From contig DATMXT010000237.1 in assembly GCA_035561375.1 (NCBI GenBank), positions 1-25,709 on the forward strand: a DNA stretch of 25,709 nt, read 5' to 3'. A model generated the notes under the pieces. That model was not told where the DNA came from, ran no database searches, and saw only the letters and a list, made by a program, of their open reading frames with translations. The position numbers and the translations under genes were made by a program. This DNA comes from Terriglobales bacterium. GTDB taxonomy: Bacteria > Bacillota > Clostridia > Oscillospirales > Feifaniaceae. Shown piece by piece: positions 8,237-15,317 of the stretch (its first letter is position 1; the number at the start of each line of letters is the position of its first letter).

Positions 8237-8931
8237 GCCTTCACCTCATAGCCTGCGTAGAGCAGCGCGGCCCGCGCAAGCTCCAGCGAGGTGTCGATGA
8301 CGTCGGTGGCGACCCCCATGTCGGCAAAGGCCACGGGAATTTCGGTGCAGCCTAAGACAAAGCACTCGGCTCCCATGTTGCGCAGAATTTGAAGCTTGGC
8401 GAGTAAGCCCTCTCTGTCGTAATTCGTGTTGCCGGCTTTGACCTGATAGGCCAGGTGATAGAAAAACTCCTGACCGGCCGCGTCCGGCATGACAAGCTCG
8501 ACCCCGCCCTTTTCAAAGGCCTTCTGATAGATGCCGCTGCGATAGGTCCCGGCTGTGGCTAAAAGCGCCGCCCGGCGCTTTCCCTGCCGCTTGACGGCCG
8601 CGACCGCCTCGTCTAAAATGCTGAGCACCGGCACCGGGGAGACGGCGGCAATCTCCTCATAGTAGTAGTGGGCCGTGTTGCAGGGAATTGCGATGACCCC
8701 GGCTCCGCAGGCCGCAAGCCCCTTCACGCCGGCACAGAGCATCGGGAGGGGCGAGGGGCCACGGCCCAAAATGGCGGCCGTGCGGTCGGGAATCGCGGGG
8801 TTGTTGTCAATGAGGACACGGGGGTGGCCCGCGTCGCACTCGGCTTTTGTCAGCAGTACGAGCTTTTTAAAGAAGTCGGCGGTGGCCAGAGGGCCCATGC
8901 CACCCAGCACGCCGATTGTTTTTTTCTCCAT
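8233..8931 (-). CDS. PLP-independent amino-acid racemase (Asp/Glu racemase, RacX/YgeA-like)
   Basis: GVLGGMGPLAT, NPAIPDRT, and both catalytic Cys motifs (IPCNTAH, LGCTEIP). Confidence 0.92.
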   Translation of the reverse strand: MEKKTIGVLGGMGPLATADFFKKLVLLTKAECDAGHPRVLIDNNPAIPDRTAAILGRGPSPLPMLCAGVKGLAACGAGVIAIPCNTAHYYYEEIAAVSPVPVLSILDEAVAAVKRQGKRRAALLATAGTYRSGIYQKAFEKGGVELVMPDAAGQEFFYHLAYQVKAGNTNYDREGLLAKLQILRNMGAECFVLGCTEIPVAFADMGVATDVIDTSLELARAALLYAGYEVKA

Positions 8932-8949
8932 GTGGGTATTCTCTCCTTA

Positions 8950-9220
8950 GCCTGACCGATATAATACAAACCCGTTTTGCAGAGCACGGGCCGCCCCGGA
9001 GACACGCTTGCGCCCCTTGAAGGGCGTCAGCCCATCTGTGGGCCGCTGTCTCGCTCCGAACCGGCCGGTGCCCTGCAAAATCTTCGACCTACGCGGGAGC
9101 GGATTTTTGTGTCAGGCGAAATTGAATGACGCCGGCGGGCTGACGCCCGCCAAAGAAAGAAATGAAGTCTGGCGCGAAAAGCAGCCCCACGTAGGCGGGT
9201 CCGGATTATATTGGTCAGGC
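8950..9220. mobile_element. 271-bp MITE with terminal inverted repeats and a TA target duplication, copy B
   Basis: gcctgaccgatataat (8950-8965) vs attatattggtcaggc (9205-9220): 15/16 inverted match. TA at 8948-8949 and 9221-9222. No credible ORF. Confidence 0.8.
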
Positions 9221-10257
9221 TAAAGCAGGTCGGCCAGTGAGCGCTGTACCCGGCCGGTGTAGCCCGTCGTCGTCCTGGCGTGTAAAAGGGAGGAGTAGAC
9301 CGACTCCTGCACCGCCTCGATGACGGCCCGGAACATGAGCTCCATCGCGTCCTCGGCCAGCTGCGGGGCGGGGGGCAGGATGTCCTTATCCTCGAAGTGG
9401 GGAATGGTGCGGGCCGTGGAAAAGCCTACGGCGATGTCGCCCGAGCCGTTTCCGGTGATGGTGCCGGTGCGGGCAAGCCCGCTCTGGGCCCTGCGGCACA
9501 TGCGTTTTAGCTGCCGGTCCGAGACCGGCGCGTCGGTGGCGAGGACGATGATGACCGAGCCCTTGTCCCGCTCGTTTAAACCGGCGAGCTTCTTGGCCAG
9601 CTCCCGCCCGATGTTGCCCGCAGCCGACGTGAAGTCCTTTGTCGAGCCGAAGTTGGTGACCAGCAGGGCGCCTACGGTGTAATCCTTGCCGTCGAGCCTC
9701 ACGACGCGGGAGGCCGAGCCCACGCCGCCCTTCATGTCGTAGCAGCACATGCCGGTTCCGGCGCCGACGGCCCCCTCCTCAAACTCCGGGCCGGCGGCGG
9801 CGATGGCCTCCGCCACATGCTCCTCTTTGACGTGCAGCGCCCGGATTTCGTTTAAGCTGCCGTCGTTGCACTCCATGACGACGCCGTTGACGGTGCCGGT
9901 CGTGGCGCCGATTTCGGGGTTCCCGGCCAGCATGTACCGGACGAGCCCCGTCAGGCAGGTGCCGACCGACAGGGTGTTCGTGATGACGAGGGGCGCTTCA
10001 ATGGTGCCGAGCTCCTCAACCTGAACAAGGCCGGCCGACTTGCCAAATCCGTTGATGACATGGCAGGCCGCCGGCACCTTATCGCGAAAGAGATTTCCGC
10101 CGTGGGGCAGGATGGCCGTCACGCCGGTGCGGGCGGTCCCTTCGGTCAGCGTGACCTGGCCGACCGCGACACCCTCTACGTCGGTGATGAGGTTTCGCCG
10201 CCCTCTCGGCAGCCCGGACATGTCGAACTGCGGGTATTTCTTTGCGTCGATACCCAT
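9220..10257 (-). CDS. DmpA/P1-family (S58) aminopeptidase
   Basis: ITDVEGVAVG, GVTAILP, NTLSVG, GAVGAGTG, KGGVGSAS, and the self-cleavage site G|SVIIVLATDAP. Confidence 0.9.
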   Translation of the reverse strand: MGIDAKKYPQFDMSGLPRGRRNLITDVEGVAVGQVTLTEGTARTGVTAILPHGGNLFRDKVPAACHVINGFGKSAGLVQVEELGTIEAPLVITNTLSVGTCLTGLVRYMLAGNPEIGATTGTVNGVVMECNDGSLNEIRALHVKEEHVAEAIAAAGPEFEEGAVGAGTGMCCYDMKGGVGSASRVVRLDGKDYTVGALLVTNFGSTKDFTSAAGNIGRELAKKLAGLNERDKGSVIIVLATDAPVSDRQLKRMCRRAQSGLARTGTITGNGSGDIAVGFSTARTIPHFEDKDILPPAPQLAEDAMELMFRAVIEAVQESVYSSLLHARTTTGYTGRVQRSLADLL

Positions 10258-10291
10258 GAGCTAAATCCCCCTCAAGTCTTAATAATATATG

Positions 10292-10320
10292 ATTGTATCA
10301 CAGGGTGTGCTGTGTTACAA
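10292..10320 (-). promoter_or_regulatory. sigmaA promoter of the dmpA-racemase-dtdA operon
   Basis: Minus strand TTGTAA, 17 bp, TG-a-TACAAT, about 35 bp upstream of ATG 10257. RBS GAGGGG. Confidence 0.7.
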
Positions 10321-10436
10321 TAGCTGTAAGGTCCAAAAATGCCGCCCGCAAAGCGCCTTTGCTTAGGGCAAAGCGGAAAATGTTCAGCAATATGATTGCC
10401 GTTTCCCCCCTTTCTATTATCGGAGGAGTGCATAAA

Positions 10437-12131
10437 ATGAATCACAATTTTGAGGACAACGACTACGTCAACATCGACGACACAGGCGAGGCAAAGGCGA
10501 AAAAAGCGCCCCGCCGCGGCGGAGAAGCGAAGGCGCTCATCGTCACGCTCCTGGTGGCGCTGGGGCTGTTCTACATTCAGCTGCCGGCCATCAACCTCAA
10601 GTCGGAGAGCTTCTACTCCTATATCTGCATCGTGCTCATCGTCTACACCATAGCCCGCCTTCCCACCGTCCTGCGCAAGACCGATTTCGACTTCCGCAAT
10701 GTCGGCCGGCGCAACTTAAAGCCGCTTGTCACGGTCTTCTATCCCGCCGTCGTCATGCTCGTGCTCGTGGGGCTTTGCCTGATAGGCGCCCTGCTGTCCT
10801 CCCCCATCATAAGGGCGGGCGCCTACCGGGAGCTCATTACGGTCGAGCCCGGCTCCTTCACCGAGGACGTCGCCGCCGTCACTTTCGACCAGGTGCCGAT
10901 GCTCGACAAGGCCTCGGCGCAAGTCCTCGGCAACCGCAAGCTCGGCGAGCTGTCCGACCTCGTCTCCCAGTTCGAGGTGGCCGGCAACTACAACCAGATC
11001 AACTACAAGTCCCGGCCGGTGCGGGTGACCCCGCTTGAGTACGGCGACTTCTACAAGTGGATCGGCAACCGCGCGCAGGGCCTGCCGGCCTATATCATCG
11101 TCGACATGCTGTCACAGGAGGTCACGGTGCAGCGTTTGCAGGCCGGCATGAAGTACTCGATGTCGGAGCCCTTCTTCCGCAACACCTACCGGGTGCTGCG
11201 CTTTCGCTATCCGACCTATATGTTCTCAAATCCGGTCTTTGAAATCGACGACGCCGGCACCCCCTACTGGATCTGCCCCCGGGTGACCAACACCATCGGG
11301 CTCTTCGGGGGGCGGGACGCCATCGGCGCCGTGCTCATGAACGCGCAGACCGGCGAGATGCAGTATTTGGCGATCGGGGACATTCCGCAGTGGGTCGACG
11401 CCGTCTACAACGCCGACCTCATCATTGAGCAGTACGACTACTACGGCCGCTACCGCAACGGATTTTGGAACTCCATCTTCGGCCAGAAGGACATGACCAT
11501 GACGACGGCCGGCTACAACTACCTCGCCTTAAACGACGACGTCTACGTCTACACCGGCATCACCTCGGTCGGCGGCGACGAGTCCAACATCGGCTTCATT
11601 TTGACCAACCAGCGCACAAAGGCCACGAAATTTTATTCCATTCCGGGCGCTGAGGAGTATTCGGCCATGAGCTCGGCCGAGGGCGTCGTGCAGCACCTCG
11701 CGTACAACGCCACTTTCCCGCTGCTGCTCAACGTCTACAATCAGCCGACCTATTTCATGGCGCTCAAGGACAACGCAAATCTTGTCAAGATGTACGCGAT
11801 GGTCAACGTCAGCAGCTACCAGATCGTCGCGACCGGCACCTCCATTGCCGAGTGCCAGCGGGCCTATATCCAACTCATCCAAAATAACGGCATCATTGAG
11901 CCGGGCGAGTCCGAAGGGACGGTTTCCGGGGTCATTGAGGAAATCCGCACCGCGGTCATCGACGGCAACTCCATCTACTATATCAAGCTGGCGGGCGAAG
12001 AGGGTTACTTCTCAATTTCGGCCATCGCCGACAGCACCGTCGTGGTGCTCTCGGTCGGCGACGAGGTCGAGATCGGCTACTCCCTGCGGCAGGAAGGCAT
12101 CACGCCGGCGCTCGGGGTCAGGCTGAAATAG
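10437..12131 (+). CDS. Conserved membrane-anchored protein of unknown function (3 N-terminal TM segments, large soluble domain)
   Basis: ATG 10437 with GGAGGAG RBS. 564-aa ORF with host-like codon usage. No catalytic motif recognised. Confidence 0.8.
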   Translation: MNHNFEDNDYVNIDDTGEAKAKKAPRRGGEAKALIVTLLVALGLFYIQLPAINLKSESFYSYICIVLIVYTIARLPTVLRKTDFDFRNVGRRNLKPLVTVFYPAVVMLVLVGLCLIGALLSSPIIRAGAYRELITVEPGSFTEDVAAVTFDQVPMLDKASAQVLGNRKLGELSDLVSQFEVAGNYNQINYKSRPVRVTPLEYGDFYKWIGNRAQGLPAYIIVDMLSQEVTVQRLQAGMKYSMSEPFFRNTYRVLRFRYPTYMFSNPVFEIDDAGTPYWICPRVTNTIGLFGGRDAIGAVLMNAQTGEMQYLAIGDIPQWVDAVYNADLIIEQYDYYGRYRNGFWNSIFGQKDMTMTTAGYNYLALNDDVYVYTGITSVGGDESNIGFILTNQRTKATKFYSIPGAEEYSAMSSAEGVVQHLAYNATFPLLLNVYNQPTYFMALKDNANLVKMYAMVNVSSYQIVATGTSIAECQRAYIQLIQNNGIIEPGESEGTVSGVIEEIRTAVIDGNSIYYIKLAGEEGYFSISAIADSTVVVLSVGDEVEIGYSLRQEGITPALGVRLK

Positions 12132-12133
12132 TC

Positions 12134-12934
12134 ATGAGGTACAAAATCGGCGACATCGCGGCGCAGTTTGGGGTGTCAACCCAGACGGTGCGCAACTACG
12201 AGCAAAGCCGGTTTCTTGCGCCGGAGCGCCGCAAGGGCAGCACAACCCGCGAATACGACCCGGTCAGCGTAAAACGGGTGGGCAACCTCCGCCGCTTTCT
12301 CTCCTACGGCTTTTCAATGGAGGAGGTCCGGGCGCTCTTCTCGTACACTGAGCCGGAGCAGTTCATGGCCGCGTTTGAGGGGCGCATCGCCGACACCAAG
12401 GAGCAGATCATCCGGCAGATGCTGCTCGTGGAGGCGATGGAGCGGCGCATTGCCGACCTTCAGCTCATCGGCGCCCTGCTTGACCGCTGCCGCATTGAGA
12501 CCTGCCCGAAAACCCTGTTTCTCGTGACCCGCCGGGGCGAGGAGCTGCTGCGCAGCTCCGCCGTGACCGAGTGGACGGCGCTTTTGCCCTTTGTCGGAGA
12601 CGGCAGATGCGGCGAATTTGCGGCGGGAGGGCACATTGGGCGGGGCTATTCCATCTCGGCCGACGCTGCCGGCGAGCTCGGGCTTTCCGCCGAGCCGCCC
12701 GTACACGTCTATGAGGAGACGCCCTGTGCCCACACCGTCGTATGGGAGCAGTCCCCCCAGCCGCCCGAAGCGGGGCTGGCGGCAGCGCTTTTGCACATCG
12801 GGCATCAGGGACTGCGGCCCCGCGGCGAGTGGTTTGGCCGCTGCCTCATGGTCTCACAGGAGGCGCTCGGCGTCAAGCAGCCGACGCCGGGCGGACTCTA
12901 CTACGAATTTTGGATACCTGTGATAAATAAGTGA
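12134..12934 (+). CDS. MerR-family transcriptional regulator with C-terminal effector-binding (GyrI-like) domain
   Basis: YKIGDIAAQFGVSTQTVRNYE HTH, REY, GFSMEEVR coiled coil. C-terminus ends in EFWIPV. Confidence 0.88.
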   Translation: MRYKIGDIAAQFGVSTQTVRNYEQSRFLAPERRKGSTTREYDPVSVKRVGNLRRFLSYGFSMEEVRALFSYTEPEQFMAAFEGRIADTKEQIIRQMLLVEAMERRIADLQLIGALLDRCRIETCPKTLFLVTRRGEELLRSSAVTEWTALLPFVGDGRCGEFAAGGHIGRGYSISADAAGELGLSAEPPVHVYEETPCAHTVVWEQSPQPPEAGLAAALLHIGHQGLRPRGEWFGRCLMVSQEALGVKQPTPGGLYYEFWIPVINK

Positions 12935-12970
12935 CCGAATTTTCATGCAAAATGTCCTGTCGTCCGGCAC

Positions 12971-13001
12971 TTGAATCTCAAGCCGTTTGAGCTGATACAC
13001 T
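12971..13001 (+). promoter_or_regulatory. MerR-type promoter (19-bp spacer containing a dyad)
   Basis: TTGAAT (12971-12976), 19 bp, TACACT (12996-13001). The spacer carries CTCAA-N5-TTGAG. Confidence 0.8.
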
Positions 13002-13002
13002 T

Positions 13003-13036
13003 AATCCGTCGGGGTGCGCCCCGGCGGATTTTTTTA
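13003..13036 (+). terminator. Intrinsic terminator after merR, overlapping the next promoter's start site
   Basis: aatccgtcgggg-tgcg-ccccggcggatt followed by a T tract. Confidence 0.75.
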
Positions 13037-13069
13037 TTTAGTCCATCACATATCAAAAAGGAGGAAGCG

Positions 13070-15271
13070 ATGAAAAAAACACTTGCGGTCCTGCTTGCGC
13101 TGACCATGCTGCTGGGCGGCTGCGCGAGCACCGCCACGGGCGGGAAAGAGGTGTCGGGCGAATTTTCCGGCACCGCGAAGGGGTTTGGCGGCGACGTGAC
13201 CGTCACCCTCAAGCTTGAGAGCGGCAAGCTCGCCGACGTCGTCATCGAGGGCGGCGGTGAGACCGGGACGGTCGGCGGCCGCGCCATGGAGCTGATGGCG
13301 GCCGGCATGAAGTCCGGCAACACGGTCGAGGTCGACAAGATTTCAGGCGCGACCATTACGAGTGACGCCGTGCTTGCGGCTGCCGCCGACGCGCTTTCGG
13401 CCAGCGGCGCCACCCTCACTCCCGATGAGACAACCGTCACGCAGGCCATGACTCCCGGAACCTACTATGGCGAAGAGTACGGCAAATGGAAAGCCGGCAC
13501 CATTGAGGGCGAGCGCTTTGGCTCCCCCGCCGTCATCGGGCCCACCAGGGTCGCCGTCACGGTCGATGAGACTTCCATCCTCAAAGTCGAAGTGCTCTCC
13601 TGCGACGACACGCCCGGCTTTATTGAGCCCTGCACCCTGCGCATTCCGGCCGCCGTGGTCGGGCAGCAGTCGATCGCCGTCGACAGCGTCACCGGCTGCA
13701 CCCTGACAAGTCAGGCAATTCTCTCCGGCGTCTCCCAGGCGCTGACGCAGGCCGGCGCCAATCTGGCCGGCTTCTCCAGGGCCACCCCAAAGACCGAGGG
13801 GACCGAAACCTACGACTGCGACCTCGTCGTGGTCGGCGGCGGCGGCAGCGGCACCACAGCCGCCCTTACCGCGCAGGAGGCCGGGCTTTCGGTCGTCGTC
13901 CTCGAAAAGACCGGCAAGGTCGGCGGCGAGAGCACCTGCTCCACCGGCATGCTCACACTCGGCTCGAAGCATCTTCAGGAGCAGACGGGCACAGAGCCCA
14001 CGCCGCTCTACGAGGTTTTCAACGAGATGATGGAGTGGGCCAGCTGGCGGGCCGACGCCTCGGTCGTCATGTCCTTCCTGAAGAACAACGGCGAGACGGC
14101 CGACTTCCTGCAATCGCTGTGGAGCCAGACCGACAATCCCGGCTTCACCCGCATGGCCGCCCCCAAGAACGGCATGGACACCGGCAAGGGCGTGGCCAAG
14201 TACACGGTGCTCTATGAGGACTTCATTATTCCAAACGGCGGCAAGCTGCTGCTCGAGACGACGGCCTACGAATTGATCCAGGACGACACGGGCGCCGTGG
14301 TCGGCGTCAAGGCCCGCAGGCAGGACGGCACCGAGGTTACTGTCAACGCCAAGGCGACGCTGCTCTCGACCGGCGGTTTTGGCGGCAACCCCGAAATGCT
14401 GAGGCAGTACCTGCACAACGACAACTTCTATCTCTACGGCCTCTCGACCAACACCGGCGACGGCCTGCGCATGGCCCTGACGGCAGGCGCCGCGCTGACC
14501 AATGAGATTGCGCCGCACCTCGCCGAATTTTGCTCCAACCCCGTCGTCGACTTCTACGCCGGCTACATGAAGTTCATCAACTACACGGGGCTCTTGCAGC
14601 TCGGCCCGAACGGAACCCGCTTCTACAACGAGGAGATGGGCGCCTCCGACCCGCTCGCCAAGGGCGCCTCGGCCCTCTACACCGTCGGCTACGCCTACGC
14701 CGTCTTTACTGGGGCCGACCTCGACAAGCTCGAAGCCGAGGGCTGCCCCGGACTGCTGTCCGAGCAGACCCGCAGCGAGATGAACAACTACCGCCCCCGC
14801 GCCTGCGTGCCCTTCTACACCATCAAGGACGAGATGCAGGCCGCCATCGACGCCGGCGAGGGCTGGAAGGCCGACTCGCTTGAAGAACTCGGCGCGATGA
14901 TCGGCTTTGACCCCGCGGTCTACGGGCCCGCCATAGAGGAGTATCTCGCCATGGCGGAGGCCGGCGAGGACACCCTCTTTGGCAAGCGGGCCGACATGCT
15001 CTATTCGCTCTCTGAGGGCCCCTACTATGCCGTCCGCATCTGCCCGGCCCTCGACGGCACCCTGAACGGCGTCAAGGTCAACGCCAACATGCAGGCCGTC
15101 GACGAGGACTACACCCCCATCCCCGGCCTCTACATGGGCGGCTACGACGCCGGCGGCCTCTGGGCCTTCCCCTACTACCAGACCGAGCACACCAACGCCC
15201 TCACGCAGGGCTATTCCGTCACCTCGGGCCGCATCGCGGCAAAGCACATCGCCGCGACACTCGGAAAATAG
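13070..15271 (+). CDS. Lipoprotein flavin reductase: two FMN-binding domains + FAD_binding_2 (flavocytochrome c/fumarate-reductase superfamily)
   Basis: ATG 13070 with AGGAGG RBS. Lipobox LLGGC. Flavinylation motifs SGAT and TGCT. VVGGGGSG Rossmann, LSTGGFGGN, NTGDG, GLYMGG. Confidence 0.9.
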   Translation: MKKTLAVLLALTMLLGGCASTATGGKEVSGEFSGTAKGFGGDVTVTLKLESGKLADVVIEGGGETGTVGGRAMELMAAGMKSGNTVEVDKISGATITSDAVLAAAADALSASGATLTPDETTVTQAMTPGTYYGEEYGKWKAGTIEGERFGSPAVIGPTRVAVTVDETSILKVEVLSCDDTPGFIEPCTLRIPAAVVGQQSIAVDSVTGCTLTSQAILSGVSQALTQAGANLAGFSRATPKTEGTETYDCDLVVVGGGGSGTTAALTAQEAGLSVVVLEKTGKVGGESTCSTGMLTLGSKHLQEQTGTEPTPLYEVFNEMMEWASWRADASVVMSFLKNNGETADFLQSLWSQTDNPGFTRMAAPKNGMDTGKGVAKYTVLYEDFIIPNGGKLLLETTAYELIQDDTGAVVGVKARRQDGTEVTVNAKATLLSTGGFGGNPEMLRQYLHNDNFYLYGLSTNTGDGLRMALTAGAALTNEIAPHLAEFCSNPVVDFYAGYMKFINYTGLLQLGPNGTRFYNEEMGASDPLAKGASALYTVGYAYAVFTGADLDKLEAEGCPGLLSEQTRSEMNNYRPRACVPFYTIKDEMQAAIDAGEGWKADSLEELGAMIGFDPAVYGPAIEEYLAMAEAGEDTLFGKRADMLYSLSEGPYYAVRICPALDGTLNGVKVNANMQAVDEDYTPIPGLYMGGYDAGGLWAFPYYQTEHTNALTQGYSVTSGRIAAKHIAATLGK

Positions 15272-15287
15272 GGTTTCCTCCCGATGA

Positions 15288-15317
15288 TAAAGGCCCGGGC
15301 GTTTGCCCGGGCCTTTA
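15288..15317. terminator. Bidirectional terminator
   Basis: taaaggcccgggc-gttt-gcccgggccttta between convergent genes. Confidence 0.88.

Noticed and set aside
9008-9223. 71-aa ORF in element B as a transposase remnant
   Set aside because: No DDE or HTH motif, no RBS, and it runs through the hairpins and terminal repeat.
12943-13449. 168-aa minus-strand ORF as a divergent gene at the MerR promoter
   Set aside because: Antisense to the reductase N-terminus, Ser/Ala-rich shadow translation, no RBS.
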